A stretch of 64,000 nucleotides of DNA from Polaromonas sp. (GTDB taxonomy: Bacteria; Pseudomonadota; Gammaproteobacteria; Burkholderiales; Burkholderiaceae_C): positions 608 to 64,607 of the forward strand of contig JANPDG010000143.1 in assembly GCA_031431335.1 (NCBI GenBank), given 5' to 3'. The position numbers and the translations under genes were made by a program. Shown here in pieces: positions 30,805 through 39,917 of this stretch (its first letter is position 1; each line of letters opens with the position of its first letter). A model generated the notes under the pieces. It worked only from the letters and a program-made list of their open reading frames with translations. It made no database searches and was not told the DNA's origin.

Positions 30805-31275
30805 TTATACCGGCTTGATGATGGAATTAGGAATTAAATCGTTGTCAAAAATCGCTTGGCGTGACGCAAACTTCCATGCCCCACCAAGCTGCACCAGCGT
30901 GTCGATATAACGGCCTGTGCTCAGGATCTGGGGCATGCTGTCGCGCTGCGTGCGAATAACGATATAGCTCGACTCAGCATGCATGCCGCCGTGCGCGTCC
31001 AAGTGCAGCGCAGGCGCGCCACACACATGGCGCTGGTAATACGGCTCATGGTAGATCGTGTGCGCCACGGCGTACACGCGGTCGCGCAGCATGGCTTGGC
31101 TAGTCAGGTGCATGACCGACAGCGGCAGCCCAGCGTCAAAGTTTTCGCGCGACTGCAGCTGGTATTGACCATGAGTGCAAAACAAATCGGGCCAAGTGGC
31201 GAGGTCGTTGCTGTCCAAAATCTGGTCAGACTGGCGCAGCAATGCGGCGATGGCTTGGGCTGTAGAAAAATCCAT
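30805..31275 (-). CDS. Aromatic-ring-hydroxylating dioxygenase beta subunit-like protein
   Basis: 156-aa SnoaL/NTF2-like protein immediately downstream of the Rieske alpha subunit. Confidence 0.8.
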   Translation of the reverse strand: MDFSTAQAIAALLRQSDQILDSNDLATWPDLFCTHGQYQLQSRENFDAGLPLSVMHLTSQAMLRDRVYAVAHTIYHEPYYQRHVCGAPALHLDAHGGMHAESSYIVIRTQRDSMPQILSTGRYIDTLVQLGGAWKFASRQAIFDNDLIPNSIIKPV

Positions 31276-31341
31276 ATACTATAATTTTAATAGCTAACTA
31301 TCTAATATCCCCGTCGGAAAATGCCAAAAAAGTCACCTAAA
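31276..31341 (-). repeat. AT-rich ~65-bp interspersed repeat, copy D
   Basis: Minus strand: TTTAGGTGACTTTTTTGGCATTTTCCGACGGGGATATTAGATAGTTAGCTATTAAAATTATAGTAT, directly followed by the beta-subunit ATG. Confidence 0.9.
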
Positions 31342-31355
31342 CACCACCGATGAAT

Positions 31356-32726
31356 CTAAATACCCATCTGGTCGCGCCAGTAGGTGTACATGCCGCGAAT
31401 CAGGGTTTCGGTGACGTTGTGGTCTGCGTTGGCTACGCCCGTGCCGTCTTGCTCGCTGATGGTACGCGCCTGTTGGTTGGCGGCATACGCCTGCTGTACA
31501 AACTCAATCACCTCACCGTCATCGGCTGACACAAAGCCTGCCGGGCCAAATAAGTTGGCTTGGCGCAGGCGGCGCTGGGTCATCTCGGGGGTGTCGTCTT
31601 CAAAGCCAAAGTGTGTCCATACAAAGTCAAACACTCCCGGCTCCACGGGCTGAATATGCCGTGTTGACAGCGAGTTGACTTGCTGCTGAATGATGAGGCT
31701 TGGGAACAGGGTCATCATCACTACAGTAGGGCCTGCACCAGAGGTGCTGCCAGAATTCCACCAAGCCTCAGGCACGATGTCGAGCAGCGATTTGTCACCC
31801 AGCTGCATGTCTTCTTTAAAACTCGTCACGCCCTGCGTCACCGCACCTGCGCCGCCGTCGTTGCGCCGCGAGATCATGCACGCGTGGCGGTGTTTGGCGT
31901 CCATCACCATCTTGCTTTGCTGGTCAGCGCGCCACAGGCCAAAGGTCACAAACCAGGTGTGCAGCAGGCCAGGGTGGTAGGGGTCTTTGATGTTTTCTTG
32001 CATCAGCTTCCAGTTGGCGGGGATGCGTTGGCGGTTAACACCTAAGAGCTTGAGCGGCTTATGAAACACACGGTCAAAGTAGGGCAATACATCAGGCCCG
32101 AGATAGTCTTCGAAGGGCTCGACATCATGGTCAAAGCTGGCAAACACCACGCCACCGCGCCGCGCCACCTTGAGCTTGGTCAGGCCGTGGTCGCACAGAT
32201 TAAAGTCTGCGTCCATACCGCCTTGCTGGGTTGTGCTGCCGTCCTCGTTAGCGCGCTCTACGCCATTGCGAAAGGTCAGGCCCACCAAGTCGCCGTTCAG
32301 TTTATAGGTCCACTGGTGATAAGGGCAGACAAAGCTACGCGCATTGCCTGTGCGCTCGCGCACAAACTGTACACCCCGGTGGGCGCAGCGGTTTTCCACC
32401 ACATGAATCTGGTCGGGCTGGCCCGGCCTGCCGCGCTCGCGCACCATCACCACGCTGCGCTCGCCAATCTGCGTGCGCTTGTAGTCGCCTGCTTTAGGTA
32501 TTTCGCACTCCAAGCCCACATAGCACCAGTGGCCTTTATAGAACAGCTGCTCCATCTCGCGTGCATAGACCTGTGGGTTGCTGTACACCCAGCCGGGCGC
32601 GCGGCTGGTGGGCGCGTCGCCCCACGCAGGCACAGTGCCTGGGGTGGTGGGGCCAGGCTGGGCTGGGTGAATAGGAATAATCGCGTGCATACGCCGCAGT
32701 GTCGGCCAAATGTTAGATGTTGCCAA
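31356..32726 (-). CDS. Rieske (2Fe-2S) aromatic-ring-hydroxylating oxygenase alpha subunit
   Basis: Rieske motif CAHRGVQFV...CPYHQW. 456 aa from TTG at 32726; alternative ATG at 32690. Confidence 0.9.
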   Translation of the reverse strand: MATSNIWPTLRRMHAIIPIHPAQPGPTTPGTVPAWGDAPTSRAPGWVYSNPQVYAREMEQLFYKGHWCYVGLECEIPKAGDYKRTQIGERSVVMVRERGRPGQPDQIHVVENRCAHRGVQFVRERTGNARSFVCPYHQWTYKLNGDLVGLTFRNGVERANEDGSTTQQGGMDADFNLCDHGLTKLKVARRGGVVFASFDHDVEPFEDYLGPDVLPYFDRVFHKPLKLLGVNRQRIPANWKLMQENIKDPYHPGLLHTWFVTFGLWRADQQSKMVMDAKHRHACMISRRNDGGAGAVTQGVTSFKEDMQLGDKSLLDIVPEAWWNSGSTSGAGPTVVMMTLFPSLIIQQQVNSLSTRHIQPVEPGVFDFVWTHFGFEDDTPEMTQRRLRQANLFGPAGFVSADDGEVIEFVQQAYAANQQARTISEQDGTGVANADHNVTETLIRGMYTYWRDQMGI

Positions 32727-32748
32727 GAGAATGGCGTGAACTGTGTAT

Positions 32749-32763
32749 ATTCACTATGTGAAT
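32749..32763. promoter_or_regulatory. LysR-type T-N11-A box
   Basis: ATTCAC-TAT-GTGAAT perfect palindrome in the divergent region between the oxygenase and the LysR gene. Confidence 0.5.
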
Positions 32764-32809
32764 GACATAATGCTACACCACTGCGCCATTCAAGTGCACT
32801 ATTCAAGCT

Positions 32810-33796
32810 ATGAAACTGCCCGTCGCCGCCACACTCGCTTCGATCGACATGAACCTGCTGCGCGTGCTGGACGTGCTGATGCAAGAGCGCAAGGTCGCGC
32901 CCGCTGCCGCACGCCTGGGCCTGTCGCAGCCTGCGGTGAGCAACGCACTGGCGCGCCTGCGCGTGGCGCTGGGCGACGAGCTGCTAACTCGCTCGTCCCA
33001 AGGCATGCAGCCCACCGCCTACGCGCTGGCCGTGCACGCCACGCTCGCGCCGTCGCTAGCGGCCATCGACACATCGCTTAAAAATAAAAATGCTTTCAAC
33101 CCACTGACCGCGCAGTGGAGCGTGCGCTTGGCCATGACCGACATTGGCGAGATTGTGTTTTTGCCGCCGCTTTTGGCCCACCTGCGGCGCGCCGCGCCCG
33201 GCTTGACCATATCCACAGTGCAAAGCGCCCCTGCCGGCCTGAACGCCGCCATGGCCGAGGGCACCATCGACCTGGCATTGGGCTGGCTGCCTGATGTGCC
33301 CCAAGGCTTCTACCAGCGCCGCCTGTTCAAACAGCGCTATGTGTGCCTGATGCGCAGCGGCCATCTACTGGCCAAGGCCAAACTGACATTGGAGCAATTT
33401 CTGCAAGCTGAGCATGTCGCCATTGATGCGCAGGGCACTGGTCATGCCAAGGCAGATGCGCGCTTGCAAGCGCTCAGTAGCAAGCGCCCCACTAATTTAG
33501 TTAAAGCCGCAGACACCACAGACACCGCATCCACCAGCACGCTGCAGCGCACAGTGGCAGTGCGCGTACCCAGCTTTTTAAGCGTGCCGTATTTGCTGGC
33601 CACATCCGATTTGATCGCCACCGTGCCCGAGCGCCTAGCCCAGCAAGCCTGCCAGCCATTTGGTCTGGTGGCTAAGGCACACCCCGTCAAAGTCTCCGAG
33701 TTTGAAGTCAAAATGTTTTGGCACCGCCGGGTGCACCAAGACGCAGCCAATCAGTGGCTGCGCGAGTGGCTGGCTGCTGAATTTACTGCGCAGTGA
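32810..33796 (+). CDS. LysR family transcriptional regulator
   Basis: N-terminal HTH LLRVLDVLMQERKVAPAAARLGLSQPAVSNALARLR. 328 aa, divergent from the oxygenase operon. Confidence 0.92.
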   Translation: MKLPVAATLASIDMNLLRVLDVLMQERKVAPAAARLGLSQPAVSNALARLRVALGDELLTRSSQGMQPTAYALAVHATLAPSLAAIDTSLKNKNAFNPLTAQWSVRLAMTDIGEIVFLPPLLAHLRRAAPGLTISTVQSAPAGLNAAMAEGTIDLALGWLPDVPQGFYQRRLFKQRYVCLMRSGHLLAKAKLTLEQFLQAEHVAIDAQGTGHAKADARLQALSSKRPTNLVKAADTTDTASTSTLQRTVAVRVPSFLSVPYLLATSDLIATVPERLAQQACQPFGLVAKAHPVKVSEFEVKMFWHRRVHQDAANQWLREWLAAEFTAQ

Positions 33797-33979
33797 TTCA
33801 CTCACTGCTTTTATTGGGTTCTAAATTTACAGCGAACCAATAATTACCTCTTCCAAAGGCCAGCTCACTACGTGTATTGATTACATATTCATTGCATGAA
33901 TAAGCTCCATTAACGAACAGGACGCGCGCTAAGCCCATATTGCTGGCCAAATTCACCAAGTAAATAAAGGACATCACAC

Positions 33980-35092
33980 ATGCTGCGCCGCTCATTGATT
34001 CAAAGCACCCTGGTTACTCTGGCAGCGCCTGCTGTTTGGGGGCAAAACAAGGCAAGCAACGTGTGGCGCGTAGGCCGTGTTTTGCCACTCACTGGTTCGC
34101 AAATCTCTTACGGTGAAGCAAAGCGAGATGGTGGTGATGCTTTTGCTGCTGCGATAAACGCAAAAGGCGGTATTGCGGGCAAGAGGTTGGAATTTGTGAC
34201 GGCAGATGATGCCTACTCTGAGGTGCGTACAGCCGAAAACATCATTCAGCTTGCCCAAACCCAATCTCCTGTTGCTTTTAGTGGATTTTTTGGTGCTCCA
34301 CATTGTGCAGCTGCAGCCAAAGCATTGGCAGAGTTCAAACAAGTTGGGGTGGGGTTTACTACTGGCTCAAATGCGTTTCGCATCAAACCGCAGCGTGAGG
34401 TATTTCCTGTGCGTGCCAGCTTTGCACAAGAAACAGCAGCAATCATTAAGCACCACAAAACGACAGGTGTGCAAGAGGCGACCATTGCGTATGTGAATAT
34501 TCCTTTTGGGCAGCTGGCCAAGGCAAGCTTTGAAACTGCTGCCGCAGCCGAAAAATTACGCTTGCTAGCCGCTGTCGAGATCAAAACGGATGGCAGCAAT
34601 ATGAAAGAAGCAGTCGCTGCCCTTGAGAAGACCAACGTCGTCTTAATGGCTTTGCACACACCTAGCGCGATGGCTTTAGTTCAGGCTATGCGCGATGTGA
34701 GCCAAGGCAAGCAAGTATGGTGTTTGTCCGCTGTGGACACTGAAATCATGCTAAGCAAGTTGAAACAGTCTGCGCGAGGGGTATCTACCTCGCTGGTCGT
34801 ACCTGCGATCAGTAAAACCGCTATTCCGATAGTTCGTGAGTACCTTGCTGCCACTAAGGCAATTGGCAAGCCTGCTACCAGCTATGGCTTGGAAGCGTTC
34901 ATCGAAATGAAAACATTGGCTTTAGGACTGGCCAGAACTAAAAGCAACGATCCTGCGGCATTGATCGTGGCTCTAGAGTCCGTGGGCAAAGCTGACTTGG
35001 GTGGTTTTGAAGTGCTGTACGGCCCTGGTGACCGCACAGGCTCGCGTTTTGTTGATCTTGCAATTATCAGTGATCAACGTGTAATGAGCTAG
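33980..35092 (+). CDS. ABC transporter substrate-binding protein (type I periplasmic binding fold), orphan
   Basis: Signal peptide MLRRSLIQSTLVTLAAPAVWG followed by a Leu/Ile/Val-binding-like body. No adjacent permease on the same strand. Confidence 0.8.
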   Translation: MLRRSLIQSTLVTLAAPAVWGQNKASNVWRVGRVLPLTGSQISYGEAKRDGGDAFAAAINAKGGIAGKRLEFVTADDAYSEVRTAENIIQLAQTQSPVAFSGFFGAPHCAAAAKALAEFKQVGVGFTTGSNAFRIKPQREVFPVRASFAQETAAIIKHHKTTGVQEATIAYVNIPFGQLAKASFETAAAAEKLRLLAAVEIKTDGSNMKEAVAALEKTNVVLMALHTPSAMALVQAMRDVSQGKQVWCLSAVDTEIMLSKLKQSARGVSTSLVVPAISKTAIPIVREYLAATKAIGKPATSYGLEAFIEMKTLALGLARTKSNDPAALIVALESVGKADLGGFEVLYGPGDRTGSRFVDLAIISDQRVMS

Positions 35093-35125
35093 CGCACAGG
35101 CTGCAGCGCCTGCGTCATACCCAGT
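35091..35125 (+). repeat. Direct repeat DR1 (duplicate of the 3' end of the LysM/FecR gene)
   Basis: AGCGCACAGGCTGCAGCGCCTGCGTCATACCCAG. The first 24 nt are identical to 37062-37085, and 32 of 35 nt match overall. Confidence 0.9.
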
Positions 35126-35166
35126 CCCGCGCATGAGGTTGATTTTGGCTAGATGCAATCGGCGTT

Positions 35167-36750
35167 TTAAGCCAATCGGCTGCGTATGGCTCTGATGGCT
35201 GCTTTAAACTTCGAGGCCACTTCAGCCTCAGACATATTCTTGACTGCACCAGCATCTACCACCACGCGGCCATTGACCAATACCGTGGTGATGTCTTTCA
35301 TGCCTGCATTAGCTATAAAGTTAAACACCACATCACTGGCTTCTGCATAACGTAAATCAGATATGTCAGCGATGCTAATGTCCGCCATCTTTCCCACTAC
35401 CAAAGAGCCAGTTTTGTCACCCAGCCCCACAGCTTTAGCGCCGTTAGCGGTGCCCATTTGAAAAGCATTGAGCGCTTGTACCACCTGGGCATCATTGGCT
35501 GCCTCGTTGTACATCATGGCAAAGTGCATGTGCGTGGGCATGGGCGAATCGTTCCAGCCGCTGCCGTCTGAGCCTAGGCAGGTGTTGATACCTTGGCGAA
35601 TCATTTTTACCCCCGCGCCAGCGCTGATGGTGTTTTCTCCGCTCTGTGCATACTTAGCGGGTGCGAGTGAAGCACTGGCACCGGCATTTTTAATCTTAGT
35701 GATCTCACTGTCTGACAGCCAAGCCATGTGGGTGCCCATAAACCTTGAGCTGAGCAAGCCAAGGCTGTCCAAGCGGTCAATCGGCGATGCACCGTAGATT
35801 GCTTGGGTAAAAGCCACTTCGCTTCTCAGTGCGGCGGTGTGTCCGCCGTAACACAGGTTGTGCGTATCCGCTAATGTTTTGATGCCTGTTAACAGCCGAT
35901 CGCTGGCCATGGGCGCGTAGGCGTACACCACCCAAGGGTGCACTAAACCAGAAGGGTGGTTAAGCCAAGTGCCAATGTAGTCGCTAGCACCGGTCAAAAT
36001 TTGGTCTGTGTCTGCAATAGATTGGACCGCATTTCCCTGGAGCATGGCGCGGTCAACCAGCGAGAAAGCTGGCACTACTCGCATGCCCAGGTCTAGTGCA
36101 ACTTGGGGCAACACATCTCCAAAAGGTCCGCTCATCTCTACCACAGTGGTCGTTCCAGCTCGCAACATGGGCAGCAATTGCGCTGCCACACACAGGTAAG
36201 CTTCCTCTGGCGTGATGCTTAAATTGTCAGTGAGCGTAAATAGGGCTGCCAGCGCATCAGACACTCCAGGCATGTTGCCACCGCGGTCAAAGCTAGAGCT
36301 GTTGCTGGTCTCTAGCGTTTCTTCGTAAGCCTCAGCGCGAAACACATGGGTTGCGTGCCAGTGCGTGTTGACAAACCCGGGCATCACCAGCTTGCCTGTG
36401 CCGTCGATAACTAAATCTGCGGCTGGATACTGTGCCATCACCGCAGAGGTTTCTCCCACCGCTTTGATGATTCCGTTTTGGATAAATACTGCGCCGTCTC
36501 TAAAGATGGTGTTGCTGGCATCAGCAGTGGCTACGCGCGCGTTGCGAATTAAAACGGTGTTTTGCGCCACGGGGGGCGACAGCACATCGACTGGCGCTGC
36601 AGCCGCACCGCCGCAGGCCTGGAGCAGGGGCGCAGTGGCCAAAGCGCCCATCAGTCCTAAGGAACGCAAAAAACTACGCCGTGAGTCATCGCCTTGTCCT
36701 AAGCAGGTAGGGCAAAAAGGTGAAAATACATTGCTGTGACCGTGAATCAT
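35167..36750 (-). CDS. Amidohydrolase family protein with Tat signal
   Basis: ATG at 36750 after an AAGGAGA RBS. Twin-arginine SRRSFLRSLGLMGALATAPLLQA and metal motif NTHWHATH. The track ORF extends to 36942. Confidence 0.85.
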   Translation of the reverse strand: MIHGHSNVFSPFCPTCLGQGDDSRRSFLRSLGLMGALATAPLLQACGGAAAAPVDVLSPPVAQNTVLIRNARVATADASNTIFRDGAVFIQNGIIKAVGETSAVMAQYPAADLVIDGTGKLVMPGFVNTHWHATHVFRAEAYEETLETSNSSSFDRGGNMPGVSDALAALFTLTDNLSITPEEAYLCVAAQLLPMLRAGTTTVVEMSGPFGDVLPQVALDLGMRVVPAFSLVDRAMLQGNAVQSIADTDQILTGASDYIGTWLNHPSGLVHPWVVYAYAPMASDRLLTGIKTLADTHNLCYGGHTAALRSEVAFTQAIYGASPIDRLDSLGLLSSRFMGTHMAWLSDSEITKIKNAGASASLAPAKYAQSGENTISAGAGVKMIRQGINTCLGSDGSGWNDSPMPTHMHFAMMYNEAANDAQVVQALNAFQMGTANGAKAVGLGDKTGSLVVGKMADISIADISDLRYAEASDVVFNFIANAGMKDITTVLVNGRVVVDAGAVKNMSEAEVASKFKAAIRAIRSRLA

Positions 36751-36974
36751 TGTTGTCTCCTTGTGTGGCAGCCGTAACTGCTTGAAAGTCAACAATAAGG
36801 ATATCCAAGCGTTTTCACTGCGTCTACAGCTACGGGTCAATATGCAAGGTTCAGACGGTGAATAATGCTGCGCTGCAGTCAACTCTTTTTCAATGGGACG
36901 CTGGTTTTTAAGCTCAAGCGTGGAGTATTCCAATCTATTCAAGTCAACGGTTGTTTGCCAAGACCGCAGCCTTA

Positions 36975-37040
36975 AACTCCTAAATAAATAGCAAACTATT
37001 GAATATCCACGTCGAAAAACTGCCTAAAAAGTTACCTAAA
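36975..37040 (-). repeat. AT-rich ~65-bp interspersed repeat, copy E
   Basis: Minus strand: TTTAGGTAACTTTTTAGGCAGTTTTTCGACGTGGATATTCAATAGTTTGCTATTTATTTAGGAGTT. Confidence 0.9.
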
Positions 37041-37059
37041 CTCTTCAATTCAAGATAAC

Positions 37060-38514
37060 TCAGCGCACAGGCTGCAGCGCCTGCGCCATGCCTAGCACCG
37101 TGGTGCCCCAGTTGCCTGGTACGTCCATGATGAACGTGGCGCTTGCACCTTGTTGGCCGGGGGCGCTGCTGGTAAACCGCACATAGCTGCGTTGGCCCAC
37201 GGGAATGTTGGCCAGCAGCGCGGTGGCGTTGGCGGCCAAGGGCACCGATTGCATGGCTTGGGTGAACGCGGCGTCGCTGGCTACTTGCACAGTCAGCTGC
37301 TGCGGCTTGTCCGGGCTTTGGCTGTAGACCTTTAGGAGCAAGCCCTCGGGCGTGTAGCTGGCGGCTGCGCCAATAGCGATCTCGCTGGGCCATACCAAGT
37401 TGCTTTTGATCTCGACCAGTTTGACCGCGTCAAAGCCTTCGATACCTGCGGGGTCGATGCCGCGCACGCGGGCGTAGTAGCTGCCGTTGGACAGCGCGCT
37501 CACGTTGATGGCGGGGCTGGCGGATTTGAAGTCGCCGCGAATCTGGGCAAACTGGGCGTCGGTGGCAAACTGCGCGCGGTAGCCTGCTGCACCGGGCAGT
37601 GTGCCCACGGTCCAAGCGGCGTTGGCCACAGCAGACGCACTGGCTGCGCCGGTGCGCACGACCTGCGCAGGCAGCTGCGCCAGCGCCAAGGCGGGCAGCA
37701 AAGGCACCACTTTGACTTCACGGTCAGCAGGCTTAAAGGCCGCGCCAAATCCGCCGCCTACTTCAGCGCCTACTTTTTGCGCAGAATTGTCGCTGCGCAC
37801 TTTGCCTTCGATGACTTCGGTGCGGGCTGTGCCGCTGGCCGGGTCTTCATACGCCACGCGAAACTGGGTGCCGCGCACGCCAACCACCGAGGTGGGGGTG
37901 GTGACTTCCAGCGGGGTAATGCGGTTGGCTTTCTTCTCGGCCAAGGTGTCCAGCACGCCTTCGACCAAGCGAATCGCGCCCGAGAACCACGTGGTCGATG
38001 CGCTGCTGGCCGGGTCGCGCAGGGCGTAGCCGTGTTGGCGGGTGACTTCAGCCAATGTCTTGGGCATGAGCTGCATGCGCGAGCCGTCGGCCAGCTGCAC
38101 CACGGCAGAGCTGTTAGGCCCTGTTTGCAGGCGCGCGCCTTCGGGCACGGCTGCGCCCACTTGGGCTGCTTGGCCGCCGATTTTGACGTCGCCTTCAACG
38201 CTAATGACTTTGCCACTCAGGGCGATACGCGGCTGCGAGCTCAGGTTAATCAGGCTTTTGGGCACATCAATGATCTGGCCTGGATAAATGAGGTTGGCGT
38301 TCTTCAGGCCGTTGAGCTTGGCAACTTGGGGCCACTGCGATGGCTTTTGCAGCAAAGTGCGGGTGAGGCCCTGCAGGGTGTCTTTGGACTGCACGGTGTA
38401 GCGCACAAACGGCTCGTTCATGGCGGCCCAAGCGGTGGGTTGCAAGCAGCAGGCTGATACTAAAAGCATAGCAAACTTTGTAATACCAACGTCGGAAAAC
38501 TTATTATTTTTCAT
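37060..38514 (-). CDS. LysM and FecR domain-containing periplasmic protein
   Basis: Signal peptide, then LysM (YTVQSKDTLQGLTRTLL...NLIYPGQIIDVP), then a FecR-like beta-rich region. ATG at 38514 (MKNNKF...) preferred over 38556. Confidence 0.8.
   Translation of the reverse strand: MKNNKFSDVGITKFAMLLVSACCLQPTAWAAMNEPFVRYTVQSKDTLQGLTRTLLQKPSQWPQVAKLNGLKNANLIYPGQIIDVPKSLINLSSQPRIALSGKVISVEGDVKIGGQAAQVGAAVPEGARLQTGPNSSAVVQLADGSRMQLMPKTLAEVTRQHGYALRDPASSASTTWFSGAIRLVEGVLDTLAEKKANRITPLEVTTPTSVVGVRGTQFRVAYEDPASGTARTEVIEGKVRSDNSAQKVGAEVGGGFGAAFKPADREVKVVPLLPALALAQLPAQVVRTGAASASAVANAAWTVGTLPGAAGYRAQFATDAQFAQIRGDFKSASPAINVSALSNGSYYARVRGIDPAGIEGFDAVKLVEIKSNLVWPSEIAIGAAASYTPEGLLLKVYSQSPDKPQQLTVQVASDAAFTQAMQSVPLAANATALLANIPVGQRSYVRFTSSAPGQQGASATFIMDVPGNWGTTVLGMAQALQPVR
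37062..37096 (+). repeat. Direct repeat DR2 (authentic 3' end of the LysM/FecR gene)
   Basis: AGCGCACAGGCTGCAGCGCCTGCGCCATGCCTAG. Encodes ...LGMAQALQPVR-stop on the minus strand. Confidence 0.9.
38461..38514 (-). repeat. Degenerate copy F of the AT-rich repeat, translated as the N-terminus of the LysM/FecR protein
   Basis: Minus strand: ATGAAAAATAATAAGTTTTCCGACGTTGGTATTACAAAGTTTGCTATGCTTTTA = MKNNKFSDVGITKFAMLL. Confidence 0.75.
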
Positions 38515-38565
38515 CTTATTCAATTCTTCACAATACAGGTAAAACCGCTTTGGCAATGATGCAAA

Positions 38566-39150
38566 TCAAGCCGCTTGCACCCGCTGCGCAGACTTGGGCC
38601 GAAACGCTTTGCACACCGCGTCGTGTGTTTCTATGTACGGCCCGCCAATCAAATCTACACAGTACGGCACCGCCGCAAAAATCCCTGAAGTCTGGTGTTC
38701 CCCCGACTGTATCCCCTCTAACGTTTCTTGTATCGATTTGGGTTGACCAGGCAAATTGATTATGAGACTTCTTCCACGAATCACGGCGCATTGGCGCGAC
38801 AGTATGGCCGTGGGTACGAACTTAAGACTTATCTGGCGCATCTGCTCGCCAAACCCCGGCATTACTTTGTCAGCTACTGCAAGCGTAGCCTCCGGCGTCA
38901 CGTCCCGCAGCGCAGGCCCGGTGCCGCCGGTGGTCAGCACCACACTACAGCCTGCGTCTGCCAGCGCAATCAGCGCCGCACTGATGCCCGCCTGTTCATC
39001 CGGGATCAGCCGCGCCTCAAACGTGATCGGGTTTTTAAGCGCTTTTGTTAACCAGTCTTTCAGCGCTGGCAAGCCCTTGTCTTCATACACGCCGCTGCTC
39101 GCGCGGTCGCTGATGGACACAATACCGATGGTGATGGGGTCGTATGTCAT
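38566..39150 (-). CDS. mog: Molybdopterin adenylyltransferase MogA
   Basis: ITIGIVSISDRASSGVYEDKGLPAL and TTGGTGPALRDVTPEAT motifs. 194 aa. Confidence 0.92.
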   Translation of the reverse strand: MTYDPITIGIVSISDRASSGVYEDKGLPALKDWLTKALKNPITFEARLIPDEQAGISAALIALADAGCSVVLTTGGTGPALRDVTPEATLAVADKVMPGFGEQMRQISLKFVPTAILSRQCAVIRGRSLIINLPGQPKSIQETLEGIQSGEHQTSGIFAAVPYCVDLIGGPYIETHDAVCKAFRPKSAQRVQAA

Positions 39151-39182
39151 GGCGGTGAATTCAAGTAGCGTAGGACTTCAGA

Positions 39183-39917
39183 TTAATTTTCGTCAGAACT
39201 GTTTGCAGCGTCCGCACGCTCAGCTTCGTCTGCCGCTGACTGGTTGGCTGCGCGCAGCACGTCGCGCACCATCTGAAAAATCTCGCGGTAAGAGCGGCCT
39301 TGTCGCGGGGCTTCGCCGGGTTTGCCTGCAAGCAGGTCTTTGCGGCCTTGCCTGATGAGCGAGCGCAGCTGCTGCAGGTCATAGCTACCAGAGTCGGCTG
39401 GGTGCTCAGCAATCCAGCGGGGCAGGGCGTCGTCGTTGGCGATCAGGTCGTCGCGCCACAACTCAGCGCGGTGCAGGGCCAGGGTGTCGGCGGCGCTGCC
39501 GGTGCGGGCGGCGTCTACGGCGGCGCGGATCGGCTCGGGCTCGACCTTGCGCATCAGCTTGCCGATGTACTGCATCTGGCGGCGCTTGCCCTCAAAGTTG
39601 GTGATGCGCTTGGCCTCGGCTACGGCGTCCACCAGCTTCTCGGGCAGGTCGAGTTTGGCAATTTGTGCCACAGACAAAATCAGCAGTTGCTCGCCCAGCT
39701 TTTGCAGCTCGGTGCTTTCGTCTTTGGCCACCGATTTGCTGTTGGCAAACTCGCTTTTGAGCTCCAGGTCCAGCTCGCTGCCTTCGGCCACAAACACGCC
39801 GCGCACGTAGTAGCCCTTTTTCATGCCGCGCTTGGGCTTGGTGGACGCTGCGCCCGGCTCGGGCAGCTCTTTGCCGCGCCCCGCGCTCAGGTCGTCCGAA
39901 AAGTTCATGCCGCTCAT
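39183..39917 (-). CDS. yjgA: Ribosome-associated protein YjgA (DUF615)
   Basis: LQKLGEQLL...LDLPEKLVDAVAEAKRITNFEGKRRQMQYIGKLMR is typical of YjgA. ATG at 39917 overlaps the tautomerase stop (ATGA). Confidence 0.85.
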   Translation of the reverse strand: MSGMNFSDDLSAGRGKELPEPGAASTKPKRGMKKGYYVRGVFVAEGSELDLELKSEFANSKSVAKDESTELQKLGEQLLILSVAQIAKLDLPEKLVDAVAEAKRITNFEGKRRQMQYIGKLMRKVEPEPIRAAVDAARTGSAADTLALHRAELWRDDLIANDDALPRWIAEHPADSGSYDLQQLRSLIRQGRKDLLAGKPGEAPRQGRSYREIFQMVRDVLRAANQSAADEAERADAANSSDEN

